Source: Lama guanicoe
Lineage: Eukaryota
Length of the DNA: 64,000 bases
Reading direction: 5' to 3'
NCBI GenBank assembly: GCA_013239625.1
Contig: MU053376.1
Span: forward strand, 458,833 to 522,832
Under the pieces are notes generated by a model, which was not told the origin of the DNA, did no database searches, and saw nothing but the letters and a program-made list of their open reading frames with translations. A program made the translations under genes and the position numbers. Shown here piece after piece: positions 25,979 to 38,362 of this stretch (position 1 is its first letter; each line of letters opens with the position of its first letter).

Positions 25979-26297
25979 AATAAACGTACACTTGGGTTTA
26001 CTGTTCCTCTATCGAGAGCCTTTTGAATGACTGGAATGTTACAAGGAGAGAAGTGTATGTGCAGAAAGAGGAAGTTAATATTTCTTGGTAGCTTGTCTGA
26101 AATCCAAGATGATGCTTCTTTATCTTGTTTTCCTTCATACAGCATCTTTATTTAATGTCTTCTGGGAGCATAACACAGCAGATAGAATTCCTCACTTTTT
26201 TGGTAGAATGAGTCAAAGATTTTTAAAAGGGCCAAATGGTGCTGTCAGGTCAGGGATTCTAAAAAGGGCCAAATGGCGCTGTCAGAGCAATTCCTTT
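25979..26297 (+). repeat. 3'UTR dispersed duplication, copy 2 (with internal 37-bp tandem duplication)
   Basis: Shares blocks such as agagccttttgaatgactg and agttaatatttcttggtagctt with copy 1. Confidence 0.9.
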
Positions 26298-28432
26298 CAC
26301 ACAACAGTTGCTGTCATTGCAGATGCTTTATTGAAAGTTGGCATTATAACGGAGTTTATCAGAGCGTCTAATTTCTTATCCCAAGACTTTTTTTTTAAAC
26401 AGTAAGTTCTTCAATGTCAGACATTTCCACTTCTTTCTTTACTGTAGCGCTTTTTTCCCTGGAGTTCAAAATGATTATAAGTTATTATCTACTTCTGGTT
26501 TTTTTTTTTTTTTAAGCGAAACCCACATTTTATTCCCATTTGTAACAGGGCAGGCGTTTTAGGAGACAGCAGGGACTGGAGGTGGTCCTCGCTCTTTGTG
26601 CTTTTCCTGTTAACAGTAGGCGAGGTCATTACTTCACTCTTCATGCTTCCCCCCTTTAAGAAAAAACAGTCAATTTGTTATTTTAAAAAATTGACTGTGA
26701 ATGAAGGCTGATTCCATGTGGTGGCTTCTCCTACCCTTTGGGAAAAATCAGCTTATACAGTTTTTGCTGCTCCCGTTGGTTCAGTTTGCCTTCTTCCACG
26801 TGTGCTTTTGTTGGCATATTGCTGTGCCACCTGCTTGAGGTTTGAAATGTTAGCTTTGGATGCAATATAGACTTTGATCTATGGTTTTTTTTGTTTGTTT
26901 GTTTTCTGTGAGGCATTTACCTGAAAGCAGAATCTTTGATTTTAATAATTTATGTGTTTTCTTTTAATTGAAGTACAGTAAGTTTACAATGTTGTGTCAG
27001 TTTTTAGTGTCATCTGCTTCTGGACATTGCTTTTATACCAAAGGCCTCTGTATCACCCCTTGGATGGTTGTAACTGTACTATCTTTAGATAAGTTTCCTC
27101 TTTTCCAGTCAGTCATGGGGAATGTTTCTGTTGCAGAGTTTGGTGGATTCTAGCAATAAGGAGGGAAGATGTGACATCAGAGTTCCTATGCTAAAAACGA
27201 CTTGGAGTTGAGGATTTGTGTGTATGATGGGGCAACGGGATTTAGTTCCTCTGTTGTCTCAGCAATAAGAAATTGACTCAGCCTGTCCTCTTCCTACAGG
27301 AGGGTTATTTCTTCTCCCCACAGCTGCCTTGTTTTTTCCACTTCCTTTTTCATAAAGAATCAAAATGTCTCATTTGGTTTTTTTCTTTCCCTCTTTAGGA
27401 AGTAGTAGAAAATGTTTTGAAGGAGGAGTGAGATGTTTCTGACTTCCTCAGCACTTGGTGAGGTAAATGTCTTACGTAGCCCCTGAGTAGGACTCCTAGC
27501 CTGGAGCTCGGCGCTGTGAAGCGCCTGGTGGGTGGAGATGAGGAGTAAGTAAGATGATTCCACCATCTTGAGCCCCAGTCTTGACTTTAAGCCTCAGTTT
27601 TTCTCGTCTGCGAAGTAAGTGCTCGTACTACCCTTTCTACCTCATAGTTTGTTTTCGGAATTAAGTGTCAGAGAGAACCTTAGCCTCTCATTGCCCTGCA
27701 GAATATATTAGAAGTTGCAGTTTTGGTAGACAGAGCTCTGGGGTGAATATTCAGAATATCCCACATCGGGGAGCTGAGCGCCAGCACCGCTCTGTGCCTG
27801 TGTCACAGGGCCACGTTGAGTCCTTTTGCCCACACCTCTCGCTGAGCTGTCCTTCCCTGGGCGTGAGGCTCTCGTCTAGAAGGGCTCGCCTCTGGGTTCT
27901 GAGAGAAGTGTGCGTGTCAGTTTGGTGGTAGCTACAGCTGCCTTGCTGTGGTCTTGATACACAAAAATTCTCAGTCCTACATGCACTTGACTAGGTGGCA
28001 TCAAATGCGCCGTCAGTATCCAGGAAACATGCGGCTTTCCTGATTAGGTAGTCACAGTCAGCAGGAGAAGTGAGTGTGGTTTCATAGAACGGGAAGGAAA
28101 AGGCAGTTTAGGATAACTTTGACCAGTTCACCAGGTGAGGAGCGGATTCAGTTCTTGCCTGATCTTTCTAAGCACATCGAGGGTAATAGCTCTGTTAGCT
28201 TTTGAGGGTTTGCACTATGCGATGCTTTTAATACCTGTTGATTCTGTTGTGCTCTTTTGTGTATTAAATATTTTTCATTTTGCTGTTTTGTGGTGTCATT
28301 ATTGGGCAAATATGTACTTGTGTTTGTATACAGCAAAATCTTGTTTTCTGTCTTCATGTATTGTCTTTGGTCTGACTTAGGGATGAAGAGAGTGGCTTTT
28401 GCAATAGAAGTTATTGGACTTCAAATCAACAG

Positions 28433-28751
28433 CAACTAAAAAGAAAAAGACAAATGAACTTACATATAAAACAGAAACAGATGCACAGGCACTGAATACA
28501 GACTTCTGGTTGCCGGAGGGAGGGATAAACTGAGCTCGAGGTTTGCAGGTACTGACAGTATATATAAGATGCATAACAAGTTCATACTGTGTGGCACAGG
28601 GAAATACATTCAATACCTTATAGTAGCTTATGGTGAAAAAGAATATGAAAATGAGTGTATGTATGTTCATGTGACTGAAGTGTTGCGCTGTACACCAGAA
28701 ATTGACACAACATTGTAAACTGACTGTACCTCAATAAAAAACAAACAAAAA
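28433..28751 (+). mobile_element. 5'-truncated L1 3' end
   Basis: Ends gacacaacattgtaaactgactgtacctcaataaaa plus A tail; TSD aaatcaacag at 28423 and 28752. Confidence 0.85.
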
Positions 28752-30553
28752 AAATCAACAGTGACGTTTGATCTCCGCCCCTGCTCCCCACCCCCAACCA
28801 ACATGGTTAACTATTAGAGTAATTGTATTTCATTTTTAGGTTCCCACTCTTGAAGGAACCTCAGCATTTTGCAGAGTGTGTTTTAACACTTAGCTAGGTA
28901 GGCAGTGAGTTGTGGAGCTTTCCCGCTAGCCCCCTTGAAAATTAAGAAAACATACAGCACCTGCATATCTAGAGTGATTTATGGCAAACCATCTCTCTAG
29001 GCTCAAGCCTGTGCCTAACTCTTCTGAGTCCGCAGTATCAATCTGTCTACCCTCTTTGCAGTTGAAGAGATTTCACACGGTGAGATACAGGTTTGCCTCT
29101 TTATTCAGTTTTCATATGAAGAGATACCACGTGCGGGGTACTATTTTGTTGTGCTTTTCAGTTGGGGCTAGTGCAGGAGGGAACTGAGGGTGTCACAAAG
29201 TACACCCTAATCACGCGTACGCCTAGCAACTGCTAGGCTCTCTAGCAGGCGTTCCTAAACTTTTGGGAATTAAAGCCTTAAAAAGCTAATGAAACTTCAG
29301 CTTTTATTAAAAAAAGCACAACATTTTACATTCAGGAGCTTCACTGAAGCTGAGCCTTGGCCCCCAATTTCTGTTCTTTGGAGGGATAGCAAAGAAAAGT
29401 GGACTTGCCCACATGCTTTTCAGCAGTTCAAGCCCTGACAGCTAAGCCATTTGGGAGGGATCCGGTCAGTTGTCCTGAGCTGATGTCGGCACAGGTTGGT
29501 GCTCACTGCACAACTTTTGGGAGCACCCTTCATAGGCTGTCACACAAATGATGTCCCCTAGGGATAGGTCATAGATTACCTGTAGGAGGAGGCCGTGGGG
29601 TGGGATGGGAGTGATACAGGAAAGAGCAGGGACAGTGTTTTAAAAAAAAAAACAAAAACCGAAAAGTGCGTCAGAGACGAGGAGGAGGCCAGCTTCTGGT
29701 CCGCACAACCATTTCCAAGCTTTGCGACCTCTAAGTTACTTTTTTAAAAAAATTTTTGTCTAAGTTACTTTTTAATAAAAACTACATACCGTGTTTTATT
29801 TCATGGATTTTTACATCCTATTGCTGGTGCTGCAGATTTATCATCTTGTTGAAAGCAGCCTTGAGGCTAGAAGGCAAGCTGAAACCAGTAACCGAGCTAA
29901 GCTGTTGGCAGACAAACGCCTGGTCAGTGCCTGTTTGCTAGAACCTACGCGAATCCAGCCTCTGAAGGTGCGTCAAGTATTGGCGCTGTTAGGAAGCTTT
30001 CAGGTTTGGGGATACGGGGATAACCTTGTACATCCCCACCCCTAACCTCATTTGATTGATGTTTTCCTTTTCCTTTCTTTCCTCTTCAAAATAAAGGATA
30101 AATCAGATTCGTTCAGTAAATAGTTGTTAAGCATTAACATGAGCCAAACCTGCTTGGCACTGGGAATACCACAGTGAGTGTGGAAGCTCCCTCAAGTTGC
30201 CTGTGGTCAAGCAATCAAGTGAGGGGCGTGAGACAGTTTCCACATGGGCTGGAGGAAGCAGCAGATGAAAGAAGTCCGGGTAAGAGAATGGCTTGTTTGG
30301 GGGACGTGAAGTTGTCCCATGTAACTGGAGCAAAGGAGGCAATTGGAGAAGTGACGAGAGCTGGGACTGGAGTGTTGGGGGGGCCGGGTAATGAAGGTGT
30401 GTTGCGCCAAGCTAGTAAGTTTGAACCTCATCCTGAAGGCAGTGGATGGCCATCAAAGGGGTTTAAGCAGGAGTGTGACATGATCTCATTTGCATGTTTG
30501 AAAGATCATTCTGGTTGCGTTGTTGGTCACAGAGTGGGGTGCTGGCTAGACCA

Positions 30554-31050
30554 TGTCAACTGAAGTAAATGCACAGCCTGAAAGTTGTGGGTTATGTTTT
30601 ATTTGGGGACGTTTCTGAGGACTCGAACCCCTTCCAGCCCAGGATGACAGCCTCTCAGGTCGCTCTGAGGCACTGCTCCGAAGAGGTAGGGGGGGAGCTA
30701 GGATATACAGGAGCTTTGCAGCAAAGACCAGGTAGTCAGAACAATGGAAAATTACTTGTTATCTAAGGAAAGCCAGGCATTTCAAGTTACAGAATTTAGT
30801 GCTTTTCTGTGTATGGGAGGAAGCAAACATTTGGGCTCACTGAATTCATTCCTTTGACAAGCACCTGGCTATCTAGGGCCAGTGTCCTGTCCTTTCGAAT
30901 TCTGAGTCCCTTCAGAGGGCACCATTGTGAGTGGCTGCAGAGGCCTGGCTGCAGGCTTGTCTTCACTGGGGGGTGGTGGCAGCCGCTGATGACTTGATGG
31001 CTTCAGCCTTCTTTGTTTACTGATATGGTTGGCAGTATTTTTCATTTACA
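30554..31050 (-). mobile_element. Solo LTR, ERV1 class (MER41-like), inserted in an L2
   Basis: TG...CA termini, 497 bp, 4-bp TSD ACCA (30550-30553, 31051-31054), minus-strand AATAAA near 30600; L2-like sequence resumes on both sides. Confidence 0.8.
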
Positions 31051-31558
31051 ACCAGAAGCAGGGAGAACAGTTAGGCTGTGGCAGCAAGCTAAGCTGGAAA
31101 TGATAATACCCCTGAGGCAACGGCACTGGGCCTGGAAAGAGTAATAATAGTCAACATTTACTGAATACTTGTATGTGCTGACTTGACATCTGTTATCCCA
31201 TGAGGTATATAAGGTTTAGCAAAATTAATCTGTCCAAGGCAACTAAGAATTGAAGAGTTAGTCAGCAGTTAAAACCATTGTGTCTGAGCCAAAAGCCCAA
31301 AAGAAGTGCATGGATTTGAGGGAGATCAAGGTGGAAGTGACAGGATGATTCATCCATGAATGAATGAATGTGGATGTGAGGGAAAGGGAGGGGTCACGGA
31401 TGGCTTGGGCAGTTGGTGGCTGGTGGTGCCATTCATTGAGATACAGAATATGGATAAAAGTGTAGTTTTTGATGGTGGTGGTGAGGTAGGAAAAAATGAT
31501 GAGTTTAGTTTTAGATATGTTGATTTTGTGCATATGAGGAGATTCACATGGAAACAGA

Positions 31559-31682
31559 GGGAGGAGGGTGTAGCTCAGCATGCACGGGGGCCTGGGTTCC
31601 ATCCCCAGCGCCTCGACTAAAATCAATCAACAAACCTAATTACCTTTGCCCCAATTTTTTTTTAATAAAAAATAAAAAGAAA
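31559..31682 (+). mobile_element. tRNA-derived camelid SINE, internally deleted
   Basis: gagggtgtagctcagcatgcacgggg...aaacctaattacc; TSD atggaaaYagag. Confidence 0.8.
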
Positions 31683-32237
31683 TGGAAATAGAGCTTGGGA
31701 GCGACCTGGGCCGTAAATATGAAGTACCTGCTACGTATCTTGTACTTTCCAGATGCGGCGGATATAGTAGTGAAGGTGATGAGTGCGATCCCGGCTCCCA
31801 TGGCTTAGGGAGACTAACTAGTTACACATAAACTATCCGTGCAGTGAAGAAATATGTTAGGAGAACACATGCTGCGAGGAGAAATAGAGAAGAGGGGCCT
31901 AATTTGGTCAAGGGTTGAGGAATAACCCCCTTGAAGAAATGAGAAGCTGAGCTCTAAAGGCAAAATAGGAGTTTGAAGAGGAGGGGAAGGGTGCCACAGA
32001 CGAGAGAGGACACCCACAGGCCTTTAGGGGAGGAGGCAGTAGCCTGCGGGAAGGCTGAAGAGGTTAGCGCAGCCAAAGGCGTGGAAGGAGAGAGTGGAGT
32101 ATAACAGAGCGGGTGGTTGGGGTGAGGGTTTGAAGAGGATGGAGAAGGCTGGAAACTAACACTCTGGAGAAGAGGAGAGAGCCGACCAGGAAGCTTCTGC
32201 AAGACAGTCACCTGCGAGTCCCCCGCCTCTAGCCCCG

Positions 32238-32450
32238 GGCTCTCAGTCTCAGTGCCGGCGGCATTTGGGGTTGGAAGCTTCTTTGCTGTGGGGAGGGATG
32301 TCCTGTGCGCTGTAGGACATTGAACAGCATCCCTAGCCTCTACTTACAGATGCCAGTAGCCAGCAGCGCTCCCCACCCAACCAGTTATGACAACCAAAAA
32401 TGCCTCCAGGCATGTCGCTGAGGGAGAGCACTGTCCCCGGCTGAGAGCCA
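32238..32450. mobile_element. MER20-like hAT DNA transposon relic
   Basis: tgtcctgtgcgctgtaggacattgaacagcatccctagcctctac...gacaaccaaaaatgcctccag; related copy near 35915-36095. Confidence 0.65.
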
Positions 32451-33579
32451 GCAGGTGCGGCTGCTGAGCGCTTCAGGAGGAGACCCGCACCACGCTCAGA
32501 CCGCTGTTACTACACATTCGTGTCCCCCACCTGGGCTCACAGTCCTAACTGGCCCTTGTTTCCTGATAGTTGAAGCGATGGTTCTAAACTAGAAAATGAG
32601 GCAGGTTATTCGACTTCTGTAAGCCCCAATCACCTCATGAGGTAACAGATGTCAAGTCAGTGCCTACCGAGTGTTCAGTGTGTCCGTTCTCACTGTGTCC
32701 AGGAAGGGGTGACAGGAAACAGGAAGCCTTAATGAAATGGGAAGAATGGCATCGTAGGAGTGGGCCGAGAACAGGCGGGGCCGGCCACTACGTTCTAAGG
32801 CAGACTGATGCCCTGAGAAGGGGCTTCTAAGACGCCTGCCACGTCTCTCCACCAGGCCTTGTGCTTCCTCCCCCTAGGAGGCTTGTCAGTTGCAATGCGG
32901 GTGGAAATGAAGCGTGCTTGCTTCTGAGCAGAGGTTTGGGGACCATTTCGGGGGCCAATCTGCACCTTTCCCTAAGCGTGAGGCTAGCGCACCCCGGAAT
33001 GAGGGCTGCTGCTTTAGCCTGGTTCCAAGATTGACCGGAACAGGGAACAGAGGACAGAGAAACACACATTGTATTGGAAGCCACTGAGATTTGGGGGTTT
33101 GTTGTCACACTGTACCTGAGCCTCAGCCGCCTGATACAGAGGTCAAGCAATGCCAGGTAAGGGCGGGTCCCAGGCATGGCGGAGAGTGAGCGGTTGAAGC
33201 GTGATGGGGGTGAAATTCTTTGACGTTGGGGTGTCAGTGACAGTCCTGGGAGTCTGGGGTGTTGGATGAGCCGCTCATACGATGTTGGTATCACCCCGGG
33301 TGATGGCAGGACTGCAGGCGGGGGAAAGTCGGGCATCTTTTATGGGAAAGAGGTGGAGGAAAGGGAAAAGGCTGTAGGCTCAGGCAGGGGGATGTTTACG
33401 GGGAGACAGTATCACAGAGTCGTAAGGAGTTCCTAACTTGTTTGGGGTCAAGAAGTAGCTGCTCTGGATCCCATCTCCAGAGGAAGGGTACATACATATG
33501 TAAACATTCATCTGCAAGCCCAAGGAGCTTTTAGACCCCTAACGCCCTCTGTGGACCTAGGTGAAGAGCACCATTCTCG

Positions 33580-33746
33580 AGCAGCAGGTCTCAGACCTCA
33601 GCCAGCTTCAGCATCACCTGCAGGAACTTGCTGGGCCTCACTTCCCGAGGTTCTGACCGGTGTGTCCGGGTGGGCCCAAGCCTCTGCATTTCTGTCAGGT
33701 TCCTAGCTGATGCTGGTCTAGGAACCACATTCTGAGAATCACTGCT
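33580..33746. mobile_element. MER5A-like hAT DNA transposon relic
   Basis: cagcatcacctg...ctgcatttct...gctgatgctggtctaggaaccacattctgagaatcactg. Confidence 0.6.
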
Positions 33747-34331
33747 GTAGTCTGTAATTATAGGAGAAAGTTTTGGGAGGGAGAGGATCAGTGGGAAATT
33801 GTTAGGGGCAAGGTCCTGGGGAAAAGGATGGATTTTTGGTTTGCTCTGCTGGACTCCTGGATTTCAGTTAGATCCTCAAATGTTTCTGTCACACACACGC
33901 ACACACAGAAAACTTTTCAGGGGTGCAGACAAGAAGGGAGAGAGGAGTGAGCACTCATTTCAGGTTTAGGGCAAGGTGTGCAAAAAAAAAAAAAGATCTT
34001 TTAGCTTAACATGTCCGTAAAGACCATTTCTTCAACACGTTTACAGAGAGGGGAAGTGATACCAAGCATGGCTTGACTAATGAACACATTTGGTCTGAGT
34101 AACCCTGTTTTGCCTCCTCTCCCCCTGGGACCCTTTTCCCTTCATTATTGGCATTTAAAAGAAAAAGTGGGAAATAAGCCATGTATTCAAATCAATTTAA
34201 AGAAACACGAAACTTCTGGTGCCCCAGGTTGAGAAAATTTAATTCAAACTCCAGCCGAGTACACTGCTTAAAACTGGGTAAAGCTGCTACTAAATATGGG
34301 ACACATTTGGAGGATAATTGCATCTGTTTTC

Positions 34332-34332
<1 letters not shown>

Positions 34333-34377
<45 letters not shown>
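34333..34377 (+). repeat. (TG)22 microsatellite
   Basis: Uninterrupted TG run. Confidence 0.95.
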
Positions 34378-34379
<2 letters not shown>

Positions 34380-34663
34380 AAAACAATCGTGACCATCAGG
34401 ATTTCTGGACTCCTTGGCACTGACTTAGGACTGCCAGTTAGCTACTTGCTAAGTGACTTTAGACAGTTCACTTAATGCCTCTGAGCCTCAGCAACCTGGT
34501 CTGGAAAACAGAGGATTGAGGAACAAATGAAATAATGCGTGTGTGGTTCTTAGCACCTGATATTTCCTCTTCTTGCTCACATCAGAGCCGGGGATCACAG
34601 CTTCCTAAACGTTAAGGGATCAATCAAATCTTGGGCCTTACCAGCAGTTGTAACCTGTATCTT

Positions 34664-34680
34664 CCACCAGAGGGCGCCAG
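34664..34680 (+). promoter_or_regulatory. Candidate CTCF binding site
   Basis: CCACCAGAGGGCGCCAG matches the CTCF core CCASYAGRKGGCRS in non-repeat-looking sequence. Confidence 0.65.
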
Positions 34681-36705
34681 TAATTTATAAAAATCTAAGA
34701 GAAAGGTCCCTTTGCCATTAAAACAGCATAGCTAAACCTGCCTGAGGATAACCCCCTCGGTTCAAGTCTTTATTTAAATATTCTTATCCCTGGTGCTTGG
34801 AGGAATCATTTGTAAGATACTTCACATATCCAGGAGGGAAATCTGAAGTGAGAAGTGTGGAGTCCTCTAACTCCACACCAGGCTCAAAGAGAATTATATT
34901 TGTTTTTTTATTTTGTCCACTTCTACCGTCCATTCTCCATCTCTTCAGACTCTCTGGATGTAACCTGGTTACAAATTATTCTCTCAATAATAAGCTAGTG
35001 CAGCTGCTTTCTTCTTGATTTACTCAGGCGAGCTGAATGGATGGTTTTTTTTCCCTTGGATGCACAGCCCCTGCTCCCCACCCCGAAACCTGCCTTCCTC
35101 CCAGCAGACTGGAAAGGAGGGCGAAGGATGATTTCTGAGCCTCTGCCTCACTGCTGAGCCTCAGACGCTGTTTCCCTGAGTCCCTCTGTGGTGAGAGTCT
35201 AGTGACCAGCGGGTACTCATCACAAGAGGATGCGTTCTGGGGGAGAAAGCTCCTTCTCCATTGGAGGGGGTGGGGCAAGGAAAAAGTTGAGGCCACCAGA
35301 CGCCACAGCCTCCCTCAAAACATCACCGACTTCAGGGGACCAGTGACATCCAGTGTGTATCTGTCCTGTACACATGGTTTCTTCTTTACGTGTCTTCTTT
35401 GTTCTTTGATCTGAGGTGGGAGGAAACACAGCCTCAGGTCAGCTTTTAACACTGTTCCTGGGACTGCTGGCCCAGACAGGGAGAGCCTGAAAGAACATCG
35501 AAAGGGTATGTCACGCATCTTATTAGCAACACAGAACCGTAGAATGTTTGGGAAGAACAAGGCTCCAGAAATCTGCGCCCCCCCCCCCCACTGTTCGGGG
35601 GGAGAAGTGGCTGGTCAGAGTCACATGGCCGGTCAGTGCAGACTGCCGTTCTAGCCGGACTGGCCTCCAGGCCCAGGGGCAGACACACTAGTTCTCGTCT
35701 CACCACTTAGTTCTTTAAATCAGTCATCATCACTAACATCACGTGCCTAGTGTGTATCAAGTGTCTGTTTTGTTTTATCTTGTATAATCTTCACAACAAC
35801 CCTAAGAAAGATAGTGTTCTGTGAGCAAAATACATTATCCCCATTTTGCAGAGGCACGGAGAAAGGAGTTAAATAAAAGATAGAGGAAAACATTAAGCCA
35901 GTTCCATTTAATCAGTGTTTCTGCATGAGGGTTAGTAGGGTTTTTTTGTAATGGGACTATCCCTTATATAGCAGGATACTCAGCATCTCTGGCCTCCAAG
36001 CATTAATCGCTCCAGTCGCTATGGTAACACCAAAAATGTCCGTAAATCCCGGAAGGCAGGGTAGAGGTGGTGCTGCTGCTGGTTGGAACCACTGACTTAA
36101 ATGCATGCGTGCGGGAAAGGGAATAGTAAAATTGCCCTGCTGGTTTGGTTGTTTTTATATTAATAAAGGTCACAAGATGGAGACAAGAGCAAAACAAGGG
36201 GAGGGAAATCCCTGGGGGTGAGCGTAGCTCTGGAAGGGAAGAGGCTAAATTACAAAGGAAGGGAATGAACACTCGACCAAGGAGGGGCTTGGTGTGTGGT
36301 CACTGCTAAAACCCGGAGTATGGACAAGGTCTGGCCTCACAAGGTCTTACCTCTAGAGACCAGCCGGGTCTCATGGACAAGGAAAGCGGCTGGGTCAGGG
36401 GACAGCAGGGAGTGCTGGGGCTGGAGTGAAACAGTGGATGAAAAAAAAAAGACAGAGAGCTTTAAGTGTTAGGTAGGCCAAGAAAAAATGCCTGCAGGTG
36501 AATTTGGCTGTCTGTGACCTGTGGGTCAGGTCATCTCTGAGAGGCCATCCCATGTAAGGAACCACAGTATCTGCCCCCCGTGCTGGCTGGTGGAAGGCAC
36601 GCGGGTTTCAGCAAACACAGGAAGTGATTTACTACCCATCCGAGCTGGCAAACAGCGGGGCAGCCTGGGTAGAGGAGTTGTGAGTCTTCCCTGGGGTGCT
36701 GGGCT

Positions 36706-37166
36706 TGTTGCCAAAGCACCGGTCTCTGTACCCTGATGGCTGAATTGAGAGTCGGAGGCAGAGTTTGGGGAGGACGGAAAAGAACAGCTTTATTGCCTTG
36801 CCAGGCGAGGGGAGCCACGGCAGCCTCATGCCTTAGAGGCGGTGAGCCCCTCTTGGGGTTGGGGTCTCGAGGTTTTATAGAAAAGCTGGATGGAACAGAA
36901 AAGGCTGTAACAATCAGGGCGCTTTGCAGAGTGTTACATTCTTTTCATCTTGATAAGAACTCGTTGTTATGGAGGAATTTAGGAGGCTCTGCCCATTTTC
37001 TTGAGGTTCCGTCCATGACCTTGTTTCAAGACGTCTAGGGTAAAAAAGGATTAAGTTATTCTAAGAAAAGAATGCAGAGGGAAGGAAGCCTGCTAGTCAT
37101 AAGATCTGTTTAGCTGAAAGCACAGGCCTGAACAACTCAACGGCCGTCTAGATTTCTACTTTTTCA
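36706..37166 (-). mobile_element. Solo LTR, ERV1 class
   Basis: TG...CA termini, 461 bp, 4-bp TSD GGCT (36702-36705, 37167-37170); minus-strand TATAAAA ~36873-36879 and AATAAA ~36789-36794. Confidence 0.8.
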
Positions 37167-38310
37167 GGCTCCACAGAAGCCAGGGGACCACCTGTCCGGG
37201 CTGCTGAGGTTGGCGTCCCTGTGCCTGCACCTCCCGTCCCTTCTGGGGCTGTGAGCCCTTGAAGGCAGAGCTGGCAACAGGAAACTCCATAGCCTGGCCA
37301 CTGCCTCTAGTGCTATCAGCCGGGCCCCTGACAGTGGCTTCTTAGCTCAGTGCTGTCCCTCCCCCTGACCTGCAGAAATGGGGAAAGAGGTCTCTGAGTT
37401 CCAGCTCCCTGAAGGCCCTTTGCCTTGGTTCACAGCACTGGCAGCTCACAAACTCAAGCAGCTTTATCCTCTCTCAGCCAGTGGGTGCCTGACACCAACT
37501 GCAGAGCTAAACATCCGATTCCCCCACCCTGCTGCTCAGCGGCACTATGGGTTAAGTTTAAACGTGCTTCTTAAGAAAACCGTGGGGAGCGGTCTCCTTC
37601 CCCACGCTGCCGTGAGTTCAGGGGAAAGCAGGTGCTCAGGAGAGCAATGCTTGACACACAGGATGCTGGTGCCCATGGATCCTCTATCGGACCCAACCCC
37701 CCTTCCCTCTGGGCCGTGCTGGGATGACTTGTTGAGAACGGAACCCCAAACTCCCGCGCATGCGCCCGTCCTGATCTCTGAGGCGGGGACCGCCAGGGCT
37801 TCTTGCTCCCTGGGCAGGCAGCTCTGTGCGTTCAAAGGAAGTGCCTCTGCTGGTTTCTGACTCGTAGCAGTGGGGTGGGCAAAGTGGGGGAGGCAGCAGG
37901 CCTTTGCCAACCAAACTCCTGATGTGGAGGAGTTGAAAACTAGGCTGCAAATGTTAATGTCTAACACGCCAGGAAATCTCTGTTCCAGCCCTCCAGATCT
38001 TGTCAGTGTCAGTTGTTGGCGTCAGAAGTCTGTAACCCCTCTCCATCCTGGCTTTGCTCGCATCCCTGTACCCTGGGCCCTAGGGTGGGCTCTCAGGCGG
38101 GAGGTGGTCCCAAGCCCTGTCGCCTGGCCCTCCTGGCCTACATCCAGCATAGCCCAGCTTTTATTAGCCTCAGAAGCTTCTCTGCTACAGGCAGGGAAGA
38201 TGGTGTTAGGTAAAGGCTGTTGACAAGCCATGCAGCTCAATGCACAGGATGAATTCTGAGGCCAGCACGAGGGAAGGTGATTTTCTGGCTTTTCTCCATC
38301 ACAACTTCCT

Positions 38311-38362
38311 TCCAGCCTCCCCAGGAGTCAGACCTCACCCTCCAGCCTCCCCAGGAGTCAGA
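38311..38362 (+). repeat. Short tandem duplication, 30-bp period
   Basis: tccagcctccccaggagtcaga at 38311 and 38341. Confidence 0.9.

Larger units (their letters stand above)
21184..28290 (+). other. MDM4: Putative long MDM4 3'UTR (~7 kb), distal end approximate
   Basis: AT-rich, mostly unique sequence after the stop. ATTAAA at 28263-28268 is followed by a GU/U-rich tract; AATAAA also at 23806 and 25979. Human MDM4 is known to have a multi-kb 3'UTR. Confidence 0.5.

Noticed and set aside
29221..29238. Short inverted repeat GCCTAGCA-ac-TGCTAGGC
   Set aside because: An 8-bp stem can occur by chance in 64 kb; no supporting context.
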